A stretch of 64,000 nucleotides of DNA from Synechococcales cyanobacterium VAR_4_metabat_354 (GCA_031414775.1 JANOQI010000041.1:138727-202726); one strand, 5' to 3'. Positions 41,604-53,267 are shown, numbered from the stretch's first letter. Translations and numbers: made by a program. Notes: a model not told the origin generated them from the sequence alone.

Positions 41604-43970
41604 CTAATCTAAATTTTCCCATTGCCAATTAACGACGGCGGGTAAGTCGGTGCCGTGGGTATAGGCGTATTGACGACATTCGACTTGACGGTTTTTAAGT
41701 TGTTCTTTGGTGTGTGCCCCAGCTACTTGTAATTTAGGTACTCGATCGATCGCATCAATAGCAATAGTAAATCGATCGATCTGATTATTCATGGCTAATT
41801 CTAGCGGGGTATTAATATTTCCTTTTTCTTTATAACCCCGCACATGAAGATTGTGATGATTCGTCCGGCGATAGGCTAAACGGTGAATTAGCCAGGGATA
41901 GCCATGAAAATTGAAAATAATTGGTTTGTCGATTGTAAATAAACTATCAAAATCTCGATCGCTAAAACCATTGGGATATTCTAGTGGTGGTTGGAGCGCG
42001 AGCAGATCGACAACATTAATAAACCGAATCTTCAGATCGGGAAATGCCTCATGTAAAAGTGCTGTCGCGGCCAGAGCTTCTTGGGTGGGAACATCGCCAG
42101 CACAAGCGATGACAATATCTGGTTCAACACCGCGATCGGTACTAGCCCATTCCCAAATGCCCATCCCTTTTGCACAGTGAGCGATTGCCGCCACCATTGA
42201 TAAATATTGAAGATGGGGTTGTTTATCAGAAACGATGACATTAATTTGATCAGTACTTTTGAAACAACGATCGGCGATCGCCAATAAACAATTTACATCG
42301 GGTGGTAAATAAATCCGCACTACTTCGCCACTTTTATTGGCTACTAAATCGAGAAAGCCGGGATCTTGATGGGTGAAACCATTATGATCCTGTCGCCATA
42401 CTGTCGAAGTAATTAATAAATTGAGCGAAGCAACTTCTGCTCGCCATGATAATTTGCGAGCAATTTCTAACCATTTAGCATGTTGATTGAACATCGAATC
42501 GATGACGTGAACAAATGCCTCATAGGTTGATAATAATCCATGTCTGCCCGTCAATAAATAGCCCTCTAGCCAGCCTTCTAGAGTATGCTCACTCAACATT
42601 TCCATCGCTCGCCCATCTAGAGCTATTTCGCTCCCGTCGGCATCTTCTGGCAAGTATGAACCCCACCACACTTTTTTGGTGGCTTCATAGACCGCCTGAA
42701 GTTGATTAGAAGCTGTCTCATCTGGACCAAATAAGCGGAAATTATCGGGATTAGTTTGGATGATATCCCGCATAAATACGCCCAAGGGGTAAGTATTAGA
42801 TATCTCGATCGATCCTGGCACTTGTACGTCTACCCCATACTGCTGGAAATCAGGAAGGCGTAGCGATTTTCGTAGTAAGCCGCCATTAGCATGACGATTG
42901 CTACCCATTCGCTGATTCCCTTGCGGTGCGATCGATCGAAATTCTGATCGCAATTTACCATTTTCGTTGAATAATTCTTCTGGGTGATAACTTTTTAGCC
43001 AGTCCACTAACATCTGGAGTTGTTTGGGATCGTGCTTGACTGCTTTGAGAGGGACTTGATGTGATCGCCAGGAACCTTCTAATTGATGACCATCGAGTTC
43101 TTTTGGTCCTGTCCAGCCCTTGGGAGAGCGGAAGACGATCGCTGGATACATCGGGCGATTAAGATCGCCTTCCAGGCGGGCGCGGGCTTGGAGGGCATGA
43201 ATATCTTCGATACAGCGATCGAGCGTCGCCGCCATTGCTTCGTGCATGGTGTCATAGTCATCCCCTTCCACAAAGTAGGGAGTATAACCATAACCCACCA
43301 ATAAGCTTTCTAGTTCCTGATGGCTAATCCGAGCTAAGATAGTCGGGTTATTAATCTTGTAACCATTCAGATGGAGAATCGGCAATACTACCCCATCCCG
43401 ACGGGGATCGAGAAACTTATTGGAATGCCAAGCGGTTGCTAGTGGCCCAGTTTCAGCTTCGCCATCACCGACGACGACAACGCTAATTAGATCTGGGTTG
43501 TCGAATACCGTACCGTAGGCGTGGGAGATACTATACCCAAGTTCGCCCCCTTCATGAATCGAGCCAGGGGTTTCTGGCGTACAGTGACTACCAATCCCTC
43601 CAGGGAACGAAAACTGCCGGAAGAAAGCCCGCATTCCCTCCAGATCTTCGGATTTGTCGGTGTAAATTTCCGAGTAGCTGCCTTCTAAATAGACAGGGGC
43701 GAGGATTCCCGGTGCACCATGTCCCGGCCCAGCTAGATAAATGGCATTAAGATCGAATTTATTAATTATGCGGTTGAGATGAGTGTAGATGAAACTTAAT
43801 CCGGGGCTGGTACCCCAGTGACCTAAGAGGCGATTTTTGATGTGCTCTGGTTTGAGCGGTTCGCGCAGGAGGGGATTATCTTGCAAGTAAATCATCCCAG
43901 CGGCGAGGTAATTGCAAGCACGCCAAAAACCGTGCATTTGACGTAATTCTGTAGTGGTAAGTACAGTCAT
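41604..43970 (-). CDS. xfp: Phosphoketolase
   Basis: [36 protein letters not shown]. Confidence 0.95.
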   Translation of the reverse strand: MTVLTTTELRQMHGFWRACNYLAAGMIYLQDNPLLREPLKPEHIKNRLLGHWGTSPGLSFIYTHLNRIINKFDLNAIYLAGPGHGAPGILAPVYLEGSYSEIYTDKSEDLEGMRAFFRQFSFPGGIGSHCTPETPGSIHEGGELGYSISHAYGTVFDNPDLISVVVVGDGEAETGPLATAWHSNKFLDPRRDGVVLPILHLNGYKINNPTILARISHQELESLLVGYGYTPYFVEGDDYDTMHEAMAATLDRCIEDIHALQARARLEGDLNRPMYPAIVFRSPKGWTGPKELDGHQLEGSWRSHQVPLKAVKHDPKQLQMLVDWLKSYHPEELFNENGKLRSEFRSIAPQGNQRMGSNRHANGGLLRKSLRLPDFQQYGVDVQVPGSIEISNTYPLGVFMRDIIQTNPDNFRLFGPDETASNQLQAVYEATKKVWWGSYLPEDADGSEIALDGRAMEMLSEHTLEGWLEGYLLTGRHGLLSTYEAFVHVIDSMFNQHAKWLEIARKLSWRAEVASLNLLITSTVWRQDHNGFTHQDPGFLDLVANKSGEVVRIYLPPDVNCLLAIADRCFKSTDQINVIVSDKQPHLQYLSMVAAIAHCAKGMGIWEWASTDRGVEPDIVIACAGDVPTQEALAATALLHEAFPDLKIRFINVVDLLALQPPLEYPNGFSDRDFDSLFTIDKPIIFNFHGYPWLIHRLAYRRTNHHNLHVRGYKEKGNINTPLELAMNNQIDRFTIAIDAIDRVPKLQVAGAHTKEQLKNRQVECRQYAYTHGTDLPAVVNWQWENLD

Positions 43971-44234
43971 AGGTTTGTGCTTTTAACTCAAAAGAGGTTG
44001 AGGTGTTGTGAGTTACTTGCGGTTCTCGCCAAGAACACTGCTCTGTTCGTGAGCAAGCATCATTGAGAAAATCTAGTAGCTATTTAGTAACTTTGAACTG
44101 TCTAAACAGCTAGCGTCTTGCCAGACAAACTCGCGTTTCTATATTCTGATTATATACTTGTCACCAGCTATGTAATTGTAGAGTTGTGTCCAATGATTGT
44201 GCCAACCTACGTAGTACTGGTCTAGTAATTATAA

Positions 44235-44912
44235 TTAGCACCAAGATTGTTCGTCTGGGGGATTATTAATTAATTCACGAATATTTGCTTCGATCACTCG
44301 ATAACCAACGTTACCATTAAGTCGTTGTCTGCCTTCATTGAAAATTAAGGTGGGACTGACTGTGACGGTATGTTCTTTGACTAATTCAAAGTCTTTTGAT
44401 AGTTGAGCATAAGCATTGCCATTATCGATCTGTGCTTGAATGGCAGCGATTGGTAGTTCTAGTTGTTCAGCAATTTTAAACTGAACTTTGCGATCAGATA
44501 TATCAGCTAATTTAGTGAAAAATTGCTCTCTAAATGCGGCGATCGTTTTCTCGAACATGCAATCAGATCGATCGATTAAATCTTTGTTTTCGAGGATCTG
44601 AATAGCATGGAGGAATAAATGGGCAGACGTTGATGAGGTAGGAGTGGCTTGAGTCCAAATATCGGGATGTATGCTAATGTGGTTGAATTTTTTGGCACTT
44701 TCTTGAACGTGGTTGCTATAACCGCGTAAGCCACCGCGATCTCGCCATCGAAGTTGTAATTTTTCGTGAGCGTTGCCAAAAATTGAGACAAAATGATGAT
44801 CGATCGAGACTTTATCTTCAAAGGTAGTCTCTAATTCATCTAGTCTAATCTGAGCAATATAAGCCCAAATGCAGAGAACATCTGAAAAATATAAAATCTG
44901 AATTGGTTCCAT
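44235..44912 (-). CDS. DsbA/FrnE-like thioredoxin-fold protein
   Basis: YFSDVLCIWAY and VTVSPTLIFN (cis-Pro loop). Confidence 0.75.
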   Translation of the reverse strand: MEPIQILYFSDVLCIWAYIAQIRLDELETTFEDKVSIDHHFVSIFGNAHEKLQLRWRDRGGLRGYSNHVQESAKKFNHISIHPDIWTQATPTSSTSAHLFLHAIQILENKDLIDRSDCMFEKTIAAFREQFFTKLADISDRKVQFKIAEQLELPIAAIQAQIDNGNAYAQLSKDFELVKEHTVTVSPTLIFNEGRQRLNGNVGYRVIEANIRELINNPPDEQSWC

Positions 44913-45136
44913 GATTAGTATTGATTTACGAGTGGCTGGATTTATTTGTGCTGTTTTATGATTATTTTTCTTTATTTAATTATATGGTCGAATAGCTATA
45001 TGTGCGAATGAGGTGATTGACGATTTGGACTTGTTAAAACTATTAGAGCTTTGCTTCAGTGAGGGAGCTGAAGTTTGATTGTTAATGGCAATCTGTCTAA
45101 GACTAGCTATGTAGTGATCGATCCGAAGACCGATCG

Positions 45137-45235
45137 CTATTTGGCAACATCAGTTAAGTGCTCTTTTAAATCATGCCACCGCTCAGGATTATTCGGTGGT
45201 GGGGTATGTGCTACAAAACTTGATTGTAATGACAT
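45137..45235 (-). pseudogene. Probable 5' remnant of a cas3 gene (HD-nuclease N-terminus)
   Basis: Manual translation MSLQSSFVAHTPPPNNPERWHDLKEHLTDVAK*, matching the AH...W..L.EHL..VA start of Cas3 HD domains. Confidence 0.55.
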
Positions 45236-45451
45236 TGAAAACCATACTGAGGACAAAATTTGGCACAACGACAATAGCAATTACCACGCTTGTGAGAAAT
45301 TCCCTTTGATTCTTGCTGTCTCATGATGATGGTGGTATTGAATTGGCAAGCTGCGGATTCATGGTTGGATGAGTTGCCCTATTTAGCTTTCACCAAAGCT
45401 GCACCGCTAGAAGTATTGAAACATTGTCATGAGATTCTGCATGATGGGGTT

Positions 45452-45809
45452 TAACATTCTACGCGCGTGCGAAGTCCGCGATTTTAGTCGTAGGTAAGCA
45501 ATGGGTAGCTGCTTATGACAAGAGTTTGTAGCGGTTCTGGCGACGGATGTTTGAGTGGCGTGTTGCACCACAATGGTACGCGATCGCTTACCTTCCCTTT
45601 TTGTTTTTTTTGCAGCTGTTTTATTCACTGGATGGAATAGTTGGGAACCCCAAAGTTTTGAATGTAGTGCTGAATACTCGGAACTGTCTGCTCTATGGGA
45701 TTGCTGGTATCCTTGTAATAATGAATCCTCAGTCTTGATTATAGCAATGGCGAGCACTGCTTTTGCTTTTGGATCTTGATGATTATTCACTATTAACTGT
45801 AGAATGTTA
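45452..45809. repeat. Perfect 11-bp inverted repeat TAACATTCTAC (45452-45462) / GTAGAATGTTA (45799-45809); the left arm runs into the palindrome ACGCGCGT (45461-45468)
   Basis: Read directly from the sequence. Confidence 0.75.
45532..45610 (+). pseudogene. Possible fragment of a CPBP/Abi intramembrane protease gene
   Basis: RFWRRMFEWRVAPQWYAIAYLP resembles the WRV..RWY motif; in-frame TAG at 45529-45531 immediately upstream. Confidence 0.4.
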
Positions 45810-45834
45810 TTTTTATACACTTAAATGCCAGCTC

Positions 45835-47400
45835 ATGGAATTGTCTCGCGAAACTGTTATCGATCGATACCGTCAGCGAATTGCCCAAGGCGATCGATCT
45901 AAACTCTCTAAATCCGAGCTGACCGAATTTATCGCAGATTTTATCGGGCAGTTGGCTATCCTCAAATCCAAGTCACGGATCGAGTCTCTTTGTTTGAGTG
46001 AAATTGCTCTGCTGGAAGAGGGCTACCCTCAGCCTACGGTGGGTAAGGTTTATTTACCGATGTACCGCAAGGCGATTAAGAGTGCGATCGACAATGGTGA
46101 GTTGTCTTTGACCAAAGGCACTAGTCACGAATACTCTTACTCCAAGAGAAATGGTGATTCTGGCTCGACGATCGAACACTTTGCTCTCACTTTTTTGAAG
46201 TATGATACTGCCACCTATGGCCAGTTTGCTGCTGCTGCTGCCGATCGCAACAATACCAAGCAAGATAATCTTCAGGCTGTGGAGTTGGAGGCTTTTTTGG
46301 CGGTGGCTGCTGATTTGTTGCAGTCCGATAATCCTTTCGATTTGGCGGCTGGTATCGCTGCTACTACCGGTCGGCGCTTTTCGGAGGTGGTGGCTAAGGG
46401 GGCGTTTACTCCATCTGATGATCCTTATTGGCTCTCGTTTGAAGGTCAGTTGAAGAAACGGACTAAGGCTGATCGCTTTCTCACACCTTGTCTACTACCG
46501 GCTGTTACTGTTCTGGCTGCTTTAGAAAGTTTTCGTGGACATTCACGCATTGTCCAGCTCTCTCAGGGTACGCCAGATGAACTAAATCGCAGTTTGGCTG
46601 ATTCGGTGAAGCGTTCGGTTAAGTCTCACTTTAGTGGGATTGTACCGATGCTGCCAGGGGAGAGGGCGGTTTCTGTTCATAATTTGCGCGGTGTCTATGC
46701 TCAGGTTTGTACTTACTATTTTTGTCCACCCGATCGCACTACTGCCCGCTTTTTACAGGAATGTCTGGGTCATGTTATTTCGGCGGAGGAGTTGAAACGA
46801 TCAAATTCGGCGGCTACTCAGTACTATTTTCACTATTATTTGGTGGATAGTCTTGGTAATCACCTTTCGGCGAAGGGCACCTTGTTGGGAATTGACGCTC
46901 CTGTCGAACCTCTATCTACTCCCTCGGATGATTCGATTTCTGCCCTCCAGGAAGAAGTTAGTCGTCTGTGGGCGCAGGTGCACCGGACTACTGTTCCGGC
47001 GGTAGATTTGTCTGGCGATCTTGCTACTGCGATCGATCGCATTTCTTCTCTTGAATCGGCTCTGAAAGATGCCCATCGCCGTATTGACCAGCTGCTAACT
47101 ATTGTTCAGCCTAATATTCCACGCAATTCTAAGCGTCGCACTCCTGCTGCCGTGAAGATTTTGATGGCGATTGATGCCATCTTTTTGTGGAATTCCCAGC
47201 ATCCCCAAAAGTTTGCTGTCTCTCAGACCTTGTTGCTGAAGGCTACTGGTTGCAATCGTCCGGCTATTCAAAGGGTTTTAGCCGATCTGGCTGAGGAGAT
47301 CGATCGCCATCATGCTCAGTTTTCGATCAGCTCTCGCAGCCAATCCCGCCATCTTGATGCAATCCTTCAATTTCTGAAAGAGAGTGTCAACGATATTTAA
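45835..47400 (+). CDS. Protelomerase / telomere resolvase family protein (TelN/TelK/ResT-like) with C-terminal coiled coil and helical domain
   Basis: AATTGRRFSEV (R), FEGQLKKR (K), HNLRGVYA (R), LGH (H), then TQYYFHY (Y); start at ATG 45835, TAGAAT -10 at 45800-45805. Confidence 0.87.
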   Translation: MELSRETVIDRYRQRIAQGDRSKLSKSELTEFIADFIGQLAILKSKSRIESLCLSEIALLEEGYPQPTVGKVYLPMYRKAIKSAIDNGELSLTKGTSHEYSYSKRNGDSGSTIEHFALTFLKYDTATYGQFAAAAADRNNTKQDNLQAVELEAFLAVAADLLQSDNPFDLAAGIAATTGRRFSEVVAKGAFTPSDDPYWLSFEGQLKKRTKADRFLTPCLLPAVTVLAALESFRGHSRIVQLSQGTPDELNRSLADSVKRSVKSHFSGIVPMLPGERAVSVHNLRGVYAQVCTYYFCPPDRTTARFLQECLGHVISAEELKRSNSAATQYYFHYYLVDSLGNHLSAKGTLLGIDAPVEPLSTPSDDSISALQEEVSRLWAQVHRTTVPAVDLSGDLATAIDRISSLESALKDAHRRIDQLLTIVQPNIPRNSKRRTPAAVKILMAIDAIFLWNSQHPQKFAVSQTLLLKATGCNRPAIQRVLADLAEEIDRHHAQFSISSRSQSRHLDAILQFLKESVNDI

Positions 47401-47461
47401 ACGCTTGGCGATGACGGATTCTTGGATTAAGCAACGCTGCTCTTGGTAATAACTCATCAAC

Positions 47462-48850
47462 CTATTTCTTTTTTACTAAGAAGTAAGCATTGGTATATTC
47501 TGGCAATTGCTTAGTGTATTCCTTGAATTTTTGCTGATTGTCAAATACTCCAGCTAAAAAGTCTAACTGATGGAGGTTGGGTAAAAAAGCGCCGCCGGTA
47601 TCAGCAATTACTCCCAACCGTAATTGTTTATTTTTGCCTTTCCGATCTTCAATCACCACAATTTTCCCTAAGCCAATATTTAAAACATCACCAGCGAAAG
47701 TTACTCCTGGCTCGATCGGAATTTTCGCTTCCATTTTATGGCCATAGCCTTTGATGTTTTGGACTTGTTTAAAGTACCAATATCTTTTCTGTTGACGTTT
47801 GTCTAAGCCTTTAATATAGGGAACTTCATTACTGCGATCGACATTGAAAATACTTTGAGAGCCATCTGCGAACTTAATAACCGTAGTTCCTTCCATCAGG
47901 GCATCTTCCAAGGCATCCCGTGTCAGGTAAGCGAGGGGTTTCGCCCCCCCTTTCTGAGTTCCGCTAGACTCATAGACACCATCCAAAACTTGTTGTTTGG
48001 TATATTTGCGATAATCGGTATCAATTTGATTATCTTTGATCTGATACAGAGCGGTGTCATACAGCGGTGTTTTGGTTCGCGATCCAGGATGGGTGAAAAC
48101 CGCGTATTTAGTCATACGCACCTGTTTGCGATCAGGTTCTTTCGGATTGGCCGCATTCCACTTAATTACTTGAAAGTTTTTCTTGATAAAATCATTATTT
48201 TGAAGTCTTAGTGGCCGTTTGGCCGCTAGATCTTCTTGTAAAACCTGAGTCATGAAATTCAGGGTGTTTACCGTATCGGTTACTGTCACACCCTGATTAG
48301 CTAAAATTCCATCCCTAGATAAGTCGGGATCAGTATTAATATTTTGAGCGAAATAAGCCTTGGTATTATTCAGCACCTTGAGTAATTTCTGGGCATCAAA
48401 ATTAACGGCGGCTGGTGGTAAAATTCCTGGACTTAGGACTTTTTGGCTACTAACTTTAAATTGATTTTTCTTAAGTTCGTCAATAACTTGATATTGCTCG
48501 GTAGATTTGCTGGTAGCCGGCGGTGTTGAGGGAGTGATCGTTGGACTATTGGATGGCCCAATCGATGCAGATCCGGGTGGCATCACACCGAAACTAGGAG
48601 TGGAACCGGCCGACAAAATGCTAGGGGGAACTGTTGTTAGACCCGGTGCAGGGGAGACGCTACTGGAACTAGAGGGTGATGGGAAGAGCGTGGGACTAGC
48701 TGACGATGGAATTAGTAATGGTGTCGGGCTAATAGATGGCTTGATGGCCTGAGGCGTTGGCGGTTTATTTTTGTTGCAGCTAGTGATAGCTATCATTAAC
48801 AAAATTATCGGAAAAAACTTGAGAATAAATGAATTAGAATTTTGATACAT
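47462..48850 (-). CDS. MltA-like / 3D-domain lytic transglycosylase lipoprotein with Pro/Ser-rich linker
   Basis: Lipobox-like ITSC; DTGGAF...LDFLAG 3D-domain motif. Confidence 0.7.
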   Translation of the reverse strand: MYQNSNSFILKFFPIILLMIAITSCNKNKPPTPQAIKPSISPTPLLIPSSASPTLFPSPSSSSSVSPAPGLTTVPPSILSAGSTPSFGVMPPGSASIGPSNSPTITPSTPPATSKSTEQYQVIDELKKNQFKVSSQKVLSPGILPPAAVNFDAQKLLKVLNNTKAYFAQNINTDPDLSRDGILANQGVTVTDTVNTLNFMTQVLQEDLAAKRPLRLQNNDFIKKNFQVIKWNAANPKEPDRKQVRMTKYAVFTHPGSRTKTPLYDTALYQIKDNQIDTDYRKYTKQQVLDGVYESSGTQKGGAKPLAYLTRDALEDALMEGTTVIKFADGSQSIFNVDRSNEVPYIKGLDKRQQKRYWYFKQVQNIKGYGHKMEAKIPIEPGVTFAGDVLNIGLGKIVVIEDRKGKNKQLRLGVIADTGGAFLPNLHQLDFLAGVFDNQQKFKEYTKQLPEYTNAYFLVKKK

Positions 48851-49024
48851 AAGCTGGGGTTTTATAGTGATATTATCAACTGTAATACTAGTATATTCTA
48901 TTGTTTTCGCTATATTTTAGGTCATCGTAACATCTGACTGCTCTTCTCTGCTGTAGTATATCGGACTATTGGCTGGTCAATCAGTAATACTTGGGAGACA
49001 TAGCCGTGTGCATCAAAAAAAAAT

Positions 49025-49864
49025 ATGTTAAATATTCTCACTGAACCGCTGCACTATGAATTCTTGCGCAATGCGATCGCTATTGGTCTCCTGGTAGGGA
49101 TGCTCTGTCCAATCGTCGGTAGTTATCTGATTGTGCAGCGGATGGCTCTACTGGGAGATGTGATTGCCCATTGCGTTCTGCCGGGACTGTCAATTTCCTA
49201 TTTTTTGGGGATCGATATTTTGGTTGGAGCCTTTACTTCTGGGTTGCTTGGTTCTTTTCTGATTGCTGGTATTCGATCGCAATCGCGGATTAAAGTTGAT
49301 TCGGCCATGGCTCTCACTTTTTCAACTTTTTTTGCGCTGGGGGTGACACTCATTACGGTACTGAAGAATAAACGCCTCTTAGATGAATTTTTATTTGGCG
49401 ATATTTTGAGCATCAACCAGAGTGATATTCTGCGTACTGCGATCATTACGGCGGTTATTTTGTTAGCAGTGGTTTTATTCTACAAGGAGCTACTGTTTTA
49501 TGTGTTCGATCAAACAGCGGCTCAAGCCAGTGGTCTGCCGGTTAAAACTATCTATGTCGGATTTATGATGGCGATTACCCTCACCATTATTGCCAGTATG
49601 CAGGCCGTGGGAGTAATTCTGGTGATTGCCCTGCTGATCGGTCCAGCTCTCACGGCCTATTTACTGGTAAAAGAACTCCATCACATGATGTTGCTAGGAG
49701 CTGGTATTGGCATGGTGGCTAGTACCGTGGGGATCTATTTGAGTTACTACTTCAACTTACCATCGGGTCCAGCTATTGTTCTAGTGTCCTCCACAATTTT
49801 TGTTTTAGTATTGTTATTTGACCCGCAGAACGGCTTGATTATGACCCAACTAAACAAGCCTTAA
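49025..49864 (+). CDS. Mn/Zn ABC transporter permease (MntB/ZnuB family)
   Basis: ALLGDVIAHCVLPG, LFGDIL, PSGPAIV. Confidence 0.9.
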   Translation: MLNILTEPLHYEFLRNAIAIGLLVGMLCPIVGSYLIVQRMALLGDVIAHCVLPGLSISYFLGIDILVGAFTSGLLGSFLIAGIRSQSRIKVDSAMALTFSTFFALGVTLITVLKNKRLLDEFLFGDILSINQSDILRTAIITAVILLAVVLFYKELLFYVFDQTAAQASGLPVKTIYVGFMMAITLTIIASMQAVGVILVIALLIGPALTAYLLVKELHHMMLLGAGIGMVASTVGIYLSYYFNLPSGPAIVLVSSTIFVLVLLFDPQNGLIMTQLNKP

Positions 49865-50804
49865 AACCTTCTTTGAGGGCTGCTTCCTGAAGATTGCGAC
49901 CAATGAAAACCAGTTGATTATGACGAGTTTCGTCGGGTTTCCAATCTCGATCGCGGCGGCCATCAAAAATCATATGCACTCCCTGGAACACGAATCTTTG
50001 TTCTTGACCGACCAGATTCAAAATTCCTTTCATCCGAAAAATATCTTGGCCTTGGGTTTCTAATAGCTTACTCATCCACTGATGAAGCTTTTCTCCATCG
50101 ATGCTACCCGGTTCTACAATAGCGATCGAACCAACTGTTTCATCATGTTCGTGGGCTTCTTCCCCTAAAAATTCCGGGTCAATCTCCAACGCTCGATCTA
50201 AGCTGAAAGCCGAGACACCTAATATTTGTTCTAGATCCAACTCGGCATTTTGCGTCCGATAGATCTTGGCGATCGCATTCATCTGCCGGATTTTTTGTTC
50301 CAGCTGATCCAATGTCTCACTGGTCACTAGGTCTGTTTTATTGAGTGCGATCACATCAGCAAAGGCAATCTGCTCTTGTACTTCCTCCGCATCCCAATGC
50401 TGAGCAATATGCTTGGCATCGACCATCGTCACCACCGCATCTAAATGGGTTTGGGCTTGCACATCGTCATCCACAAAAAAGGTTTGAATCACTGGTGCCG
50501 GATCAGCCAAGCCAGTGGTTTCAATCACTAGGTGGTCAAATTTGTCCCGGCGGCGCATCAAATTGCCAATGATCCGAATTAAATCGCCCCGGACAGTGCA
50601 ACAAATACAACCATTATTCATTTCAAAAATTTCCTCATCGGCATCAATTACTAACTGATGATCGATCCCAACCTCACCAAATTCGTTGACAATGACAGCA
50701 ATTTTCTTACCGTGCTCATAAGTCAAAATCCGATTTAGGAGCGTGGTTTTACCCGCACCCAGATAGCCAGTAAGCAGGGTGACGGGAATAGTAGTGCTAT
50801 CCAT
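49839..50804 (-). CDS. COG0523/CobW-family metallochaperone GTPase
   Basis: GYLGAGKTT, GCICC, ETTGLA, NKTD. Confidence 0.93.
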   Translation of the reverse strand: MDSTTIPVTLLTGYLGAGKTTLLNRILTYEHGKKIAVIVNEFGEVGIDHQLVIDADEEIFEMNNGCICCTVRGDLIRIIGNLMRRRDKFDHLVIETTGLADPAPVIQTFFVDDDVQAQTHLDAVVTMVDAKHIAQHWDAEEVQEQIAFADVIALNKTDLVTSETLDQLEQKIRQMNAIAKIYRTQNAELDLEQILGVSAFSLDRALEIDPEFLGEEAHEHDETVGSIAIVEPGSIDGEKLHQWMSKLLETQGQDIFRMKGILNLVGQEQRFVFQGVHMIFDGRRDRDWKPDETRHNQLVFIGRNLQEAALKEGFKACLVGS

Positions 50805-50869
50805 AATTGAATTGTAATGAGGGAACTTGTTGACCAGACCCTAATTGTAACGGTATTCCTGGCATATTC

Positions 50870-51379
50870 TTAAACAGCCATAGGTAGGGTGATTTCATCA
50901 ATGACCTCCGCCAGCACCTGGCGAACTTGATAAAGCTCTTGATCGCTAGCGGCTGCTAAGATCACAAATTCACCAGCTTTAATTTGAGCTTCCGATTGTA
51001 AAGCCTGGTATGGAGAGATTCCTAATGCGCCCAAAGCGCCAATAATACCACCGAACGCTGTCTGACCATCCTGATTCACTACTACTTTTTTCAGCCAACC
51101 AGCTAGCACCCCAGCGATCGGTCCCGCAATTACTATTAGACCAATATCACGAATAAAAAGCATCCCAGCCCCGGCCAGCATACTAAATAAACCACCACTT
51201 AAATCTCGTGATCGATTCTGCCAGAGCTGTAATCCTCGCCCTGATGGATTAGTTTGACTGTTTTTACCAATGACCGAAAGTTTGTTGATGTCAAAACCAA
51301 CTTTTTCCAGTTTTAATATTGCTATTTTGGCGATGGATTGAGAAGGTAAATTTCCCACAATTGTATGTGCGTAAGTCAT
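50870..51379 (-). CDS. General-stress-protein-like membrane protein (YflT/DUF1269-like)
   Basis: LEKVGFDINKLSVIGK, Gly-rich hydrophobic hairpin, GALGALGI...IKAGEF. Confidence 0.6.
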   Translation of the reverse strand: MTYAHTIVGNLPSQSIAKIAILKLEKVGFDINKLSVIGKNSQTNPSGRGLQLWQNRSRDLSGGLFSMLAGAGMLFIRDIGLIVIAGPIAGVLAGWLKKVVVNQDGQTAFGGIIGALGALGISPYQALQSEAQIKAGEFVILAAASDQELYQVRQVLAEVIDEITLPMAV

Positions 51380-51423
51380 GGAATTATTTCCTAGATTTAA
51401 TCTGAATTTATTTAATGGGCTAT

Positions 51424-51455
51424 ATGCTAAATCTAAAATGTGAGATTCTTGTGAG
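51424..51455 (-). promoter_or_regulatory. Putative regulated promoter: CTCACAAGAATCTCACA-N9-TAGCAT
   Basis: Same motif and spacing as the two sites near 63.7 kb. Confidence 0.6.
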
Positions 51456-51581
51456 CATTTTGTCTTGACTGATCTGCGCCAGGAGTTGATGAATTTCCCC
51501 AGCGCTCTCCGCCATTAAATAGCCGAAAGATCCAGCCGAGGCTATACACTGTTAGTGCGCTGAATTCATGCAATTTTTTAA

Positions 51582-53213
<1,632 letters not shown>

Positions 53214-53267
53214 GAAATTTGGCGATAAAGCTGGGAGAATGGAAATATTCCAACTATCCCAGCATCT

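Noticed and set aside
45075..45820. ORF-track entries 45075-45326, 45407-45820 and 45555-45779 as real genes
   Set aside because: No recognisable motifs; they overlap the better-supported cas3 stub, CPBP fragment and protelomerase promoter
45763..45834. TTG start for the protelomerase
   Set aside because: The extension is AT-rich and contains the likely -10 box; ATG 45835 is more plausible
44913..47460. CRISPR array, tRNA or att direct repeats around the protelomerase island
   Set aside because: No regularly spaced repeats, cloverleaf or flanking direct repeat seen by eye
48866..48878. TGATATTATCA palindrome upstream of the metal permease as a Zur box
   Set aside because: Shorter than the TGATAATnATTATCA consensus and in very AT-rich DNA
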